Source of the DNA: Vicugna vicugna
Taxonomy: Eukaryota
Assembly (NCBI GenBank): GCA_013265495.1
Contig: MU058337.1
Coordinates: 3,440,686 to 3,504,685, forward strand
Direction of reading: 5' to 3'
Length of the DNA stretch: 64,000 nucleotides
Shown here piece by piece: positions 1-13,305 of the stretch. The position numbers were made by a program, and so were the translations under genes. Numbering within the stretch: position 1 is the first letter of the stretch; each line of letters starts with the position of its first letter. The notes beneath the pieces were generated by a model. That model was not told where the DNA came from. It saw nothing but the letters and a program-made list of their open reading frames with translations, and did no database searches.

Positions 1-2154
1 TGTAACAAGTGACAAGTCTGATATTTCTCATGTTTGAAGCTCAAATATACTTGAAAACTAATTAACATAAGTTTAGCATCTGCATCTTATGGTAAAAATT
101 TCCTAGAACAGAAAGGAAGAAGTCTGCTTGGGATCTACTAAAATTTATGAGCCATTGAATTTCCAGTTTCCCCAAATATAACACTAAACTCTATATAGAA
201 GAGAAAAAATTAATTACCTTAGTAGAATCACCAAAGTGGAACTACTTTTTGTTATGTCAAGAAGTTGCTTTTAAATTGAATTAGTTTTGAATTAACCCAA
301 TTACACATCACTATTCAACTGTGATATTAAATTTAGGACATTTAATGACGTGAAAATACTTCTACAGAAATATTTTGGTGACAGCAGAACATTTGAAATG
401 TTCATATTTAGAAAATATTAATTATACAAATTGAATTATTTAAGGAATGTTTCTCATAAAATTATCATTTAAGAAGGAAAATATTTTAGTTGCATAATAT
501 GTGATTAATAAAGCAAAACAGATTTAGAATAACATGGCAAAAAGGAGGATTAAAGAGCACCTAGAAGTCTTTGGGAACAAATTTTCATAATCTGGAAAAA
601 GAAGACATGTTTTCAAAAGGGAAAGTAAATGACCGCTATTTTACCAGTTTTCAATATATTCTGGACAGAAATGAAAAGTCCTTGGAACATAGTAACAAAA
701 CACTCTCACCCTAAATTTTAACCATAAACAAATTTTGAATTTACATAGTTATTTTTCCTAGTGCCTTTTTAAATGCAATGACAAAAGACAGAAAACTGTG
801 TCTAACATACAACTGGCCTAGTTTCAATTTCAAACTGTGTACAAAATATTAAGTAAATTCTATTTTTAAATGAAAAAAATGAAGAAAAAGTTTTATATCT
901 TTGGCTATCACAAAATAATAATATTCTCCTGTAAAGTTCTATGACTTCTGTGCATATTTTCATTTTGAATGAACGGAGTATCTTACATCTTAGTAAAATG
1001 AAATTAGTAGAGCAAATTATATCATCATGACACAACTCATTGTTTTGGACCCCAAATATATATCATGCAAGAAAAATCATGTTAGCTTTAAAGAAATCTG
1101 TTTATTTAAAGGTATAATGGGAAAACGTTTTAAAATGTTTTTCATGCTTGAAATAAATATTTTTATGGTTAAATCTTAACAAATCATAAGGGCTTACTAT
1201 CCAATACAGTTTTATCAGCATATAACGTCTTACTGTAAGCTTGAAATTAACACTTTGAGAAAATGAAAAACAAGTATTACTTGGGATGTACGTTGAACTG
1301 AATCTCAATACTCTCTAGCTAGTTAATAAACATCAGTTGAAAAAACTATTTTGGAACGTATTAATTGAAAGGGCAGTGACCTGTCAATAATAACATTTCA
1401 CTTACTGTCTCTATTGGCCATTCCCTTCACTTCTCTATACAAGTAGCACTAAAAAAATCAAATATATATCATTTTGACAGATGTGAATGAAACTGTACCC
1501 CAAATCTTTCTTTTTCTAGGTTACAACCAAGGTAGTTGCTAAGTACTATTCTTCTACTGTTGGAATAAGATACATTTCAAAAAATTTTTCTTTCTCTCCT
1601 CATTCATGTAGATAGACTTATTCCTTGAAATAGTTCATTAAGTCTCCACTATGAAAAAATAAATTAAGTTGAAACATATGATGTAACATGAGTCTGATGA
1701 CAATATGGCTTTAATTTGTTAGGGGATTTTATATGCTTTTTGCTAAATCACAGTTATATTAACTTAAATAATGAATTCTATAGTATGTCTAAACAAAAAC
1801 AAAGAGATTAAGAATAAAAAGTCTTTGCACTACACTTTGTCAAGATCCTATATTAAAACGACAGTCTTAAAAATGGAAGGAAGTGCTAAGCATAGTAAGC
1901 AGTCATGAACAAAAGCTTCAGGTGCTTTGTTACTTAGTGGTTTCATACTCTTTCATCTTTCAGAATTTGTCTCTCCATCCCTCATGACAAAACCATATTT
2001 TCCTACTTTAAATAAATACTACTGTAGAATGTGTTTTAACCTTTAAAATAATAAACGTGCTTTATAATTAAAACCTTTCTTCTCCAAGTCATTTTAGAGA
2101 GAAATCCATGTGAGAGTTACTGCAAGGTTTCCTAATTCCACTATGGACAGGCAA

Positions 2155-2381
2155 TAATAGTAATAATTGAATGCCAACTATATGCTATTTACCGGGCTGT
2201 TTTGCAAGTTTTATCTCATCTGCTGTCTTCAAAAGCCATTTGCGATCGTTTTAATTTCCCCCATTTTACAGGTGGGAAATCCAAGTCTTACAGGTCATCT
2301 GCCCAAGTTCACTCATCTCCTGAATGAGGTATTACAATCCAGGTCTGCCTGACTCAGATAACATACTCTAAGTCATTACCC
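2155..2381 (-). mobile_element. MIR SINE remnant
   Basis: CCCCATTTTACAGGTGGGAAA...TGCCCAAGTTCAC...ATCCAGGTCTGCCTGACTC matches the reverse complement of the MIR core and tRNA-like head. Confidence 0.8.
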
Positions 2382-3244
2382 AGTTCTCCCTAAAACACTG
2401 ACTCCCTCAAGTCATTTTTAGACTTTTGTAACCAAGGATGTTTGCCCTTAAGCCAATGAGAAACATCACTAATCACTATTTTCACAAGTCATCTTTTCAG
2501 GGAATTCTATAGTATTCTCCCATGTAACCATGTGGCATTAATTCAATCTGCAATTTTTTGATACTGACTACCAACAAAAAAGGTAAATTTATTTTTTTAA
2601 ACTTAGATTCATATTGTAGCTTCCTCCTCCTTTCTTTCTCTTTTTTCTTTTTTTGAGGATAAGATCTACTTTACAATATGTAATAGATCTGAGTTTTAAA
2701 AGAATCAAAGTATCTTGTAGTAGACTCTCAGCTATCCAATACGATATTGTTCAAGATCTAAATGAAAAGAAAAACCCCCAGGATTAGTCTTATCTCGAAC
2801 TTCAAGAGATTAATCTCATAATCTCACATTAACATTATAATTAAATGAAAGTATAATATTATCTCTTTATCCCAGGGCTCCCAAACTCTTATCACTAGTT
2901 TGAATATTATTTATTTAGAGGTTTCTGAAATCTCCTTCTAGGAGTATTTGATTTGTTTTGTTCATTTTGAAGATAGAAGATAATAGGGTCTTTTATTTCT
3001 CTGTGGAGTGGAAAAACACTATTAAGTAATTACAGCATTGCTCCTTACATTGGCTTATTTATCCTCTTTAAATACATGTATTTTGATTGGCATAAATACA
3101 TGAATACATGAGTGAGTGTCAACCCCAAATGGAGAGTGCGGAAGAGAATGGCCTTTATCGAAGTTGTGTGTGGAGATCATTCAATTTTAATCAGATTTTT
3201 AAAGTGTCTCTCTTGAGTCAATGAAAGTTGGCTCCAATATATAC

Positions 3245-3454
3245 TCCTGCTCCAGCCCAACCACCATCTGGCTGTATCTTCAAAGGAAACTCCAACTGAA
3301 AACTACTTATCAGAGCTCAGCAGACATACAGACACAGAAGAGAAAATAATATACTTTTCCTTTTCAATCTATAGACACATTAAAGAAAATAACACATTTT
3401 TAAGACACTAAATTTTAGAAGGGTTTGTTATACAGCAATAAAAAACTGGAAAAG
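3245..3454 (+). mobile_element. MaLR (MLT1-type) LTR 3' fragment
   Basis: Ends TAAGACACTAAATTTTAGAAGGGTTTGTTATACAGCAATAAAAAACTGGA, resembling the MLT1 3' terminus (TAAGCCACTGAGTTT...TTTGTTACGCAGCAATAG). Confidence 0.55.
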
Positions 3455-5192
3455 ACATAAGGAACCTACTAGTAAATTATGATACACAGAACACACTAGA
3501 AGCCCTGTTACAGGACAATTCGGAACACGAAGTTGGGTATTTATGCATTTTAAATAATTATTGACAGCTTCCAAGGTGTAAGCATGGTAACTTGGGGTGT
3601 AAGCTAAGGAGATTCAGTAAACGTTTCTTCAGTTTAATTTCACGTGTCACATGTGAGCAAGGTAGGGACTTAAACTGCAAACAACGTGCCCAGTACATAG
3701 CCAGCATGGTGACTGGGTCACGCTCCTTGATACATTTTCGTCCTCCTCATACTTATTATTTTAATCAAATAGATGCACAAAATAATATTTAATAATCTCA
3801 AAAATTCAGAAAATGAGTGAAACAGAACCAGGAAGGACAACATCAGAACATGGGACAACTGTAACAAAAACACAGGAAAACGGAGCATCGTCTTTTTTGA
3901 GCATCTCTCAAGAGTTTGTCCCTAAAATGAATGATGAAATGTTCATATTTACTCTTTTTTAAGGCTAACAACCAACCATGATAAAAAGCAGGGCTAGAAC
4001 AACAGCAGTATTTAGAATATGTTGTTTATGAACAAGTTGCAACTGAAAATTATATGACTAAGACTAATCCAGTGGCAGCTCTACTGTGGTGAAGAGATGT
4101 CTTAACGACGCTGAGCAGTAAAGTAGGTACACTGAGTGATGCTTTGGATCACTCTTCTCTTCTCTGGGTCAAAGGAAATTCCAGAAGGGCTATGTTTACA
4201 AGGCATCACTAGCTTCTATTTTATGTCAGTCTGCTCCTGAAAGAGGCTGTTACCACCAATGTAAATGTACCGTTATTAAAAAGTTGTCCATTTTCTTTTT
4301 AAATATGTTGCATTGAAATAGGTTTAAATGCAAAGAACAAACATGTCTAATGTATTCCTGTTAATCACTAAATGCATTTATTGCTATCCAATTACCACAA
4401 AACATTTGAGGTGGCTTACAAAGCAAAATATATATAAACAAGATGAACATTTTGCAATTAAAAACTAGATCCAAGGGGGAAGAAATGGAAAGCAATATAA
4501 AAAGCCAGCTTCACATGGCTGTCATCTGCGGTAACACTGGATGCAGATGAAATGCAGATGTTCACTGACTGGTAAGGATTAGCTGCTGGTAGACAAGTCT
4601 TCCCGCCTCACCAGCTAGAAAAGTACAATTAAATTTGAAAACAGAAGAAAAGCTATAGGAAGACAATGAGAGTGTCTGCAGCAAAGAGAAGTGGAGGAAC
4701 TAAGACTAGTGAGAGAAAAAAACCTTTCAGAAGGAAGCTAACCTTATTGCCAACAATCCTACGACAGAGCCGTTTTCTAATTCTGAGTGATTACGGAAGG
4801 CATTTGATTCTGCTTACATGCCCATGGAGGGCACCTGCTGAGAGAAAAAGAGAACTGGCAAATACGCTTGCAGAGATTTGAGGGGCCACAAACATATAGC
4901 CAGCTTCTCCCTACGTACATTGCTCAACACTGGAATTCTATGGGGCTGATACAACACCTTAGTTGAAATCCCAGGGAAAGCAAAGCAGAGCATTTTGTCA
5001 GTTTTCTGAGACAAGGATAAGATTTCTTTATAGAGAAAGGCTCCGGAGGACCCACAATGACCTTACTTTAAGATCTTAAAGGACCAGGGAGACCATAAAT
5101 AGAGATGGCCTTTCCAGGACTGCACCACAGCTGAGATATAGCCCCAAGTCCCCGATTAGATTAAGATGATCAGGAACTACTTTATTTGCTGA

Positions 5193-5405
5193 GAGCTGGG
5201 GGCAGACTTTTTCTGTAAAGGTCCAGATAGTAAATATCTTTGGCGTAGCAGGTAAGGCAAGTTCTGAGCTCTGCCAATTTACTGTGCATGTAGTCATAGA
5301 TAATATGTAGATAAATGTGCATGGCTGTGTTCCAATAAAACTTTATTTACAAAAAACAGAAAACTAGTCAAATTTGGCTCATGAGCTGTAGTTTACCAAC
5401 TCCTG
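5193..5405 (+). mobile_element. MER58A hAT-Charlie DNA transposon (non-autonomous)
   Basis: GGCAGACTTTTTCTGTAAAGGTCCAGATAGTAAATAT...GGCTGTGTTCCAATAAAACTTTATTTACAAAAAACAG...GTAGTTTACCAACTCCTG follows the MER58A consensus end to end. Confidence 0.9.
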
Positions 5406-5439
5406 GTATAAGGGATGGTAATATTACCAGAAGCCTCCA

Positions 5440-5830
5440 CAATTTTTACATGCATGTCAATGTCTGGCATTTAATCAGAAATGGCTAATTTTATCAAAAG
5501 ATAGAACCAAAAACCAAGAATGAGAAAGGAAAATGAAACAGATGGACAGGTGAGGCAGAAACTGAAGTTAGGTGACTGGAGTTTCAAAATGATTATCATA
5601 ATTTGTTTTTTAAAAAAGGATGGATGGACAAGGTAGATGAAAAGATGAAGAATCTCACAAGTTAATTAGAATCCATAGAGGGAAATATATGGAAACTCTG
5701 GGGCTAAAAAATAGAACACCTGACATTAAGAACTATTTAGGTCATATTTACAGAAGATTAGACACAGAAGACAGGGAGAAGTGGATGTTAATAGAGAGTA
5801 TACAGATGGGCAAGCGTAAGATTGAAAATT
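5440..5830 (+). mobile_element. Ancient L1 (L1M-type) ORF1-region remnant
   Basis: Purine-rich segment ATGAAGAATCTCACAAG...ATGGAAACTCTGGGGCTAAAAAATAGAACACCTGACATTAAGAAC...AGATTAGACACAG resembles L1M ORF1 coiled-coil DNA. Confidence 0.65.
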
Positions 5831-5984
5831 AACTTCCCAATAGAAATCACAAAATTCACAGGACAATGGGTAGAGTTCTTTACAGTCCTTCAAAGAAATA
5901 ACCAAGAATCCTGAACCCAGGAAAAATATCCTTGAAAAAAAGGCTCAAAAGTATTTTTTGTAAGTCTTGCAAAATTCTGGTAAT

Positions 5985-6062
5985 TTGAAAATTCATCTAA
6001 TTGTACATGACTATCCCTGAGCTTTTCTGTATGTACATATACTTTAATAAAAGATACATTAA
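5985..6062 (+). mobile_element. L1ME-type extreme 3' end
   Basis: TTGAAAATTCATCTAATTGTACA...CTTTTCTGTATGTACATATACTTTAATAAAA resembles the old L1 3' terminus with its polyA signal. Confidence 0.55.
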
Positions 6063-8914
6063 TATTAAAATGTAGGGAAAATAGACACAAACAGGATATT
6101 CTGTAATGGTTAAGTCAAGACAGTGTAAGTGATTAAGTTCTGATAGCCAGGTAAATTCACCAGCAGAACTCAGACCACGTAGCGGAGTAAATGTATATCC
6201 TCCATCACAGAGAGCGTATTATCTGCGTAACTTTTCTCTCAGCCAGATTGCTGGTAAGATGCCAATTCAAGAGATTCTCTCTAAAGAGGTTCTGGAACAC
6301 TGGTACTTTATTCTGTTGGATGAAAAGATCTACTTGCTCTGGACTCAGACAAGGATGTAGTGGGGAAACACTTCTTCTGGGAATCTGGACATATCGATGA
6401 TTTCATCTTTGGAATCCTTCAGAACTAATCTCGATTGCTAGAGAAATCCACTCAGTAAGAGCTAGGATAGCAAAACCATGGCTTCAGCTGCATTGTTGTT
6501 GAAACAATGGATGAGATTTCAACAATTTATGCTGAATTGATTTAATAAAATTAACATTAAAAAACTAAGAGAAAATGGTAATGATCCAATCGGAGTTGGA
6601 ATATGAGACAAAAAAATAAGTTTTATATCCTTTCCTGAGCAGCTTATTCATTTTATAAATACATTATCGATGCCTACCACATAACTGAAAAAAACAAAAC
6701 ATGCTGAGTGCTCAGGCTATAAATGAAACGTAGTTTCTGTCTTGTAGGGTTGTAGACCAATTTTGATAGCTAGCTGGCCAAGATGAGTACAAGAGAATGC
6801 ATACGCTCGGTGGGGGGATGGCATCACCTTGATAAATACAGCAAAGCAAAGGCTGCTTTTAAAGAAAAGTAATAACTTGCAGGGACGCCTGTCTCTCCCT
6901 ATCCACGCAGCTGTTCACCAGCAGTCTAATTCATTGTCTTAAGGACTGCAATCGTGTCTTAGCCAGGTAAGTTCTACCAAACTCTTATATGTGTGTATCT
7001 CTCCTCTGTGCCATATTTTAGATTGCTTGCAGGTGATGGGGGCAGGTCTCTAAAATCTCCACATTGTTATTGTTCTACTCAGACAGTTTTGGTCGTTATC
7101 AAGTAAAAATTTTTCTATGGCTACTCAAAGCAATATACAATTTTTAACATTCTTTTGGAAATTCTGTTACTTATTTATTTTTAAAATTATTTTACTTATT
7201 TATTTTTAACTTACTTTTATTTTGGGGAGTAATTAGGTTGGAAACTGTTATTTAAATTGCTTTCATTTGGAGTATTAACTGCAGGATATGTGTCTGTCTT
7301 TTTACTTCAATCAATTTAAACATCAAAGAAAAAATTGAATATTAAAATATCCCATGAAATATTTTTCTTAGCTGGTAAAACGACAAATTCTGTTATAAAG
7401 CTGGAAAATACTGTACAAAAGAAAAACTTTTTGAATAACTGAATAAATACCAAAGTGCTGACAATAACCATGGAATCACTGAGACCGAAACTGATCCAAG
7501 TGTGTTTTGCTTAGATGTAAAATAACAAAAAGAAATAGTGTTATCTTACTTTGATATTATTACTCCCAAGCTTTTGTTTTTTCTAGCAATCTCTAAGAAA
7601 CCAAAAGCACCATGAACCAAAAAATTTCAGTGTGTGTTAAAAAAAAATTTGCACTGAAAAGACATGAGGAGACACAGAATCAACAGGAAACTGAATTCCC
7701 ATGGACGTTCAGTGCTGCAGCTCCTTGTGGACACATTGAGCCCATTAAACTTACCAAGAGTCTGTGACTACAGACTATTTGAAGTCAATGAAGCAGTCAG
7801 ACAATTAGACCCAGTTTTCCATTTGGCTTAAATGAGTAATCATCTCATTTTCTTTATACTATTTCTTGACATCTACAACCATTTCATACCCCGCTCCTAA
7901 GGAAAAAAAAAAACCAAAAAAAACTCAACCCAGAGCAGTAATTGTATGGTTGTGTTGACTGAGAGGTGACTGTCAGCAGCGAGCATCATTATTTTTTTAA
8001 CAAAGAAGCAAAAAAAGAAGTTAATATGTTCATTTTCTTCTAAAACTTTTTTTTTCCCTCATTAGTCCCTGCACTTCCTTTGTTAGGGAGAGACGAATCC
8101 ACCTTGGGAGCCAAAGACAATTCTGCATTCTCTTTGCTTGCTGGATGGAATAGAGGTGAAATCTAGGGATATTAATTGAAATTGGAAAAATGCCCCGGTT
8201 GCCTTACAAAAATTCTATATCAATTTCTACCTTCTTGTCTAAAAAAATTAGGGAATCCAATTTCTGAATTTCCACAGCAACTTCTAATCACTGTTCTTCG
8301 ATAATTAGCACAAATAAAAATTCACAAAAACTGCAACATGTCCATATGTTGATGAATGAATAATATGATTATGAACATGAGCTTACTTAATACATCTTTG
8401 ACTTTTAAAATATATTTAAATATTTTGTTGACAATTGATTCATTATTTATCCTCAAGCCATGAAATATGTTTAGGTTAAGTTACCAGCTGTTTAGTTCTC
8501 ATAATGTCATGAATCAGAAGTGAGCATCTGGAAATATACTTCATGACACCTGACTCTATCTATAGAATTTAGTATGTCATACTGTGTTTTTAGAGAACTC
8601 TGGTCTACGAGGCAGAGTTCATATCATTTAAATTCTACCACTAGTCAAAATAGAACATAGGTAGGTGGCCTTTTATACTTAGTAGGTACATATACTGGTT
8701 GATAAACTCCAAAGAAATATAAAACCTTATTAAACGATGAATGTATTCCAAAATAAAAGTATTTTTTAAAATTAAGCATCTTATGAGTCTTTGAAATATG
8801 GAAGATTCAGTGGTGATATATTCCATACAGAGACAGAAAAAAATAACATGATTAATTATTTTAATATAAATTATTTCTGATCATTGGATAATAAATATGC
8901 ATGAAAGTGACTGT

Positions 8915-9020
8915 GGTATCTCAGAGAGGCAAATGATTTTGCAAGTGACTTCTGTACGTGAAAGGTATCAGTGATGAAACTCAGAACCTGATCATGACAG
9001 TCAAGATGCAGCAAATTAAT
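8915..9020 (-). mobile_element. MIR fragment
   Basis: CTCAGAGAGGCAAATGATTTTGCAAG...GATGAAACTCAGAACCTG resembles the reverse complement of the MIR 5' half. Confidence 0.5.
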
Positions 9021-9559
9021 GCTGGAATGAATTTTCCCAGATTTCAAGGAGAAAAGTCTGAATCTTTGATTACATGCATAGCGGTTGTAGAGGTGCAATT
9101 ATATGGGTCTGGGAAATTGTGATGCAGACGCAAATGCTAAATCTCTATTTGCATACAGCAGAGGAGGAGGAGTGATGGTCAAGCTTCTTCTTCTGGCTGT
9201 ACTGTAAGGGGAGCCATAACTCAGTTAATTAAAAGGCCAAGGGTACATACGAAGACCAGTGGGGAAGCTGGAGCAGAAGATCTTCTTTATCTTCTTCGAT
9301 CAAAAATGAGTAAAAACAACTCTAAAATGTTACTTTGCCATCTTGAGATGTTTCTAGTTTTCATTTGGCACTTGATACTTTTTTTTTCCATACATTATTT
9401 GATGGTTATTGAGTTTTTCAATAGCAAGTATACAAAGATTATGTCTCATAACGGTGAGTTTTCCATACTCTTGATAACGAGTGTAGTCTTGCTTCAGGAC
9501 TGGGGATTGGGAGCTGGTTTTGGTGACTTGAGACTGGTTTCCATTGTGTGATTAGTTTT

Positions 9560-9960
9560 ATCCATTCTAGAATCTTTTAGGATTGCCTGTTTCACATTGA
9601 TATTGTTAACTTTCATGATAATGTGCATATTTGGTGTTTTTTAATTCATGCAGTCATTCAGTGGCACCACACGGACCATTTGAGACGGTAGATTAAAATC
9701 TCCCTTCAGCTCCAGGAAGCATTTTACTATTACTTTTTCATAATATTCTTCCTTTTCTTCGTTTGTCCCATTGCCTTCAACTAACACTAATACATCAGAC
9801 ATTGCATATTTGCTCTTTTTATCTTGTTTTCTCAACATACATTTTTCTCTAGATTTTATGAAGGCTTGTATAATTTATCTTTCAAGATTTGTGTTAATTT
9901 TTGAAGTTTTAAGAAGTCTTTCTTGTTTTCTGATTATTTTATTTTGGTAGTATATGTCTT
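9560..9960 (-). mobile_element. L1/HAL1 ORF1 remnant
   Basis: ORF 9641-9838(-) reads ...VEGNGTNEEKEEYYEKVIVKCFLELKGDFNLPSQMVRVVP, a decayed match to the L1 ORF1p motif GVPEGEE...IFEEIMAENFPEL.KD.NLQIQ.AHRVP. Confidence 0.65.
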
Positions 9961-10134
9961 TCCAACCCTCCCCTCCCCCATTAAGTGCCATATCTTCTTG
10001 ATGCTCTAGGAAAACAAATTAGAGATTTTTGTTCTTGTCATTGTTAAGGCTTCATCTACTTTCTGAATTATCTCAGCACGTTTCTGGAATGATTTTTTTC
10101 TACTTGTTTGTTTATCACGTTTTAATTTCTTTAC

Positions 10135-10575
10135 ATTTTTATTTTTAAATAATTTCAAACATAAAAAGTGCAATAATAAAAAATGAAATTCCATAGTTCT
10201 TTACCAGACTCACCATTTTTAATATTTGCCATATTTTTATCCTCTCAATACTTACTGTTTTATTTTTAATTTTTTTAAAATTTTAGGATAGCCTTAGATT
10301 TACAGAGAAATTGCAAAAATAATACAGATGATTCCCATATACCCCACACCAAATTTTCCCTACTGTTGACATCTTTCATGGTGATGATATGTTTATCACA
10401 ATAAACAAAATTGATATATTATTATTAAGTAAAAGCCATACTTTATTCAGCTATCCTTAGTTTTAATACCTAATTTTTTTTTTCTGTTTCAAGATCCCAT
10501 CCAGGATACTATATTACATTTAGGTAGCTTTTTGTTTGTGACACTTTTTCAGATTTTTTTGTTTTGTTTTTGAGT
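10135..10575 (-). mobile_element. L1MC-type 3' end fragments (probably two)
   Basis: T-tract then AGATTTACAGAGAAATTGCAAAAATAATACAGA...CCCATATACCCCACACC...GATCCCATCCAGGATAC, the reverse complement of the L1MC 3' UTR. A second partial terminus lies at 10135-10240. Confidence 0.75.
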
Positions 10576-11789
10576 AATTTCTTTTCAATTTTAGCTATCT
10601 TTATATGTCTTATAAACTTAAATTTTCCATTTATATTTTAAAATGTAAATGTATGCTCTATTACAAGTTTGTTTTTTTTTTCCTGTAGGTGTGTATGCAC
10701 ATCTTCCCACTCTTTTCCACCCTCTTACAGCATCTTTCACATGAGGAGAGTGGCTAATAATTAGTAATTTTGATTTTTAAAGAGTTTATTGTCTGGAAAG
10801 CAGCCGTAAAAGTTGATCTACTAAATAAAGGCAGAGCATTCACAGATACGGACTTTAGGCTGGATTTTTAAATGTCAGAATGGTTGAGTTTTTCTTCCAC
10901 CTAAGGCCATCACTACCTTAATTCCCCACTGGCATTTCTTTTGATATCTTTATTAAAAAAGCACTGAGTTTTCTCTTTCAACTTGGGGATGAATCAGAAG
11001 CCAGCTGCTCTTAGTCTGCATGAATATAAGAGAAAGGCAAAGAGATTGAGCTATGATTAAAAACTGGCATTGTGGTTCCATAGACAGATTTTTAATTAGC
11101 CATTTCCTCTCTGGGCACGCTGCTTTCAGCCAAAACCACGGACTTTGAAATTAGACATTTTGTAATGATTCTTGTTCTGCGTGTTCCAGGGTTCCTCACC
11201 TCATGTTCTCTCTGCTGAGAAATCTGAAATGTCTTCTTCTCTGTGGGGCCTCTCTCAGTCTCTGTGACATTTGGTTTTATTCTTTTTTTTAAAAAGTCCT
11301 TCCTTAAAAGCTGATGAGACTCGGGAATGAGGAAGACAAGTCATTTTCTCAGTCTTCCAACTTTAACAAGAAAGCGCTTGTGATTCTTTTCAATATTTGA
11401 CCACCTAACTAGAGAAACAATATATGATGGGTGTATTTCTTTGATTACTGTTGAAGTTAGTGCTTTTTCTTAATATTTATCTCATTCTTTTTTTCCTAGA
11501 GTTATATTTTAATGTGTCCTTTTATAAATGTAACTCTGCAACTTTTCTTCTCAATATCTACTATTTTCTTTCTGATTTATATTTGTGTTATTGAGCAATA
11601 GGTCTTTACTATTTATAAATATTCACAAATATTTATATACATTTGTGATTTACATATAAGTAAATAAAAACTATGTGTTTATCCAAATAAAACAACTTAC
11701 TTTCTTCATTTAACACCATTTGAGATTTTGTGCCTTGTCCATCATCAGATTTATCATTTCTGATTCTTATAAAGTGCAATAGCTTCTCA

Positions 11790-11915
11790 AAACAGGGACT
11801 TTCTCATTTGCAAAATGAGGAAATAGCGCCCACCAGATAAAATTCCGTTTGGAAGAATTCAACAGCAGAGCAAAGTATTAGTGCTTAATCAAAATTGCCT
11901 TCATTAATATTGCTA
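11790..11915 (+). mobile_element. MIR fragment
   Basis: TTTCTCATTTGCAAAATGAGGAAATAG matches the MIR core. Confidence 0.55.
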
Positions 11916-11989
11916 ACAGTGTATTAACACTAATGGCAGTACTTTACTTTTGTGTGTATTTTTCTCATTCCTTTAATTTAAACTTTCTG

Positions 11990-12450
11990 AGGTATTTGAT
12001 CAATTGAACTTTATCTCTGGCAATGTATGCCAAAGAATTTGTTGTAGAAGTATCCAAGGATTTTACACAAGAATGTGGATAACCGTCTCATTTTTAATTG
12101 TGACTATTGGGGGCAATATAATTACCAACAGTAAGGGCATCTGTTAAAGACCTCTATTTATGCATATGGAATAGGTGCAGTAATGAAAATTGAATTTTAG
12201 AATAGTTAGTGACATTGGGACAAGTTGATAATTGTTTTTTCAGAAAAATAGGCTACATGTTGTAAGACATAATTTGGTCCATTTTTAAAATTAGGGTGTT
12301 TTTGTGTCTGAACAGAATATAGAACTGAACTGACTAAAAAGTTGCAACAAATGTCATTACTTTGTTGGTTGATTAAATGTGATTTTTACTTTCCGTTCAT
12401 GTGTTTTGCTGAGTTCAATGATGTATGCATTATAAATGTTATCAGATAAA
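11990..12450 (+). mobile_element. Old L1 (L1ME-type) 3' region
   Basis: TTTGATC...CTCTGGCAATGTATGCCAAAGAA...CAAGAATGT...CCAACAGTAAGGG...ATGGAATA is a degenerate L1 ORF2 end/3' UTR. Confidence 0.55.
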
Positions 12451-13184
12451 TATAGAAATGACATTAATGTAGAAAATTACATTAAGCCACTGGACTAGAA
12501 TTCACAGAGTGAGGATAATATGGAAATATTAAAAAGCATGTATGTTCAATCAGAAAGGCATCTTATGAGATGTACCTGAAATATGACTAGTGAGAGAGAA
12601 AAGAGTTGGAAGGACAGTGACTGCACAGTACCTCAGAGAGCACAAAAAAGGGAAGTAAGTAGATTATATATATACTGTATGATAAGTGGTCTGAGCATCA
12701 CTGGTCACCTAAGACATGACCAGAAGGAAGTGAATGGGTTTGGAGTTGGGTGAGTGACAGAGAGGAATAGAGGGAGAGTGACAGAGGAAAGAGGAGAGGG
12801 AGGGGAGAAAGTCAGGATGGCTCAGAGATGTTCTAGACGAGGGCGCAAAACAGCCCATAGTCGGATGGCTTCTAAAAACACACAAAAATGGAGTATTCAC
12901 CTCATAGAGCAAACCCTTTACATGTCGTGGGTAATTGTGCTGCACAATAGAAAGATGCTTTTGCATATGGATGTACCCTAGACATGCCCTGATTTTTCCT
13001 TTGGAGGGTTTACAGACAAAACGTTATAGTGTGAGAATGTGTGCTAAGCGTTGCCCAGCAGTTTTTCCAGGTCAATGAAGGTAGTAAATCCAGCAGTGAT
13101 TTGCACCTGTGAAAGGATCAGGCTAAAAGTCAGCTGTTTCCTCTGCTTGCTCCCTAGTGGCCCTTATCAGGCAGGATTTTATAA

Positions 13185-13305
13185 TCCATTCATTGGTTAG
13201 TTCTCCCTCTGCAAACAAAACTATGATCTTGTAAATTTTTGTATATCTAAACCCTAGCATAGGGCTCAATATAAATTTTAATGAGTAAATGGATGGATGG
13301 AATAT
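13185..13305 (+). mobile_element. L2 3' end
   Basis: TTTGTATATCTAAACCCTAGCATAGGGCTCAATA...TGAGTAAATGGATGGATGG, an L2 terminus with a (TGAA/TGGA)n tail. Confidence 0.5.

Noticed and set aside
1520..1531. 12-nt micro-exon (TTTTTCTAG|GTTACAACCAAG|GTAGTT)
   Set aside because: The donor is weak and there is no supporting gene context.
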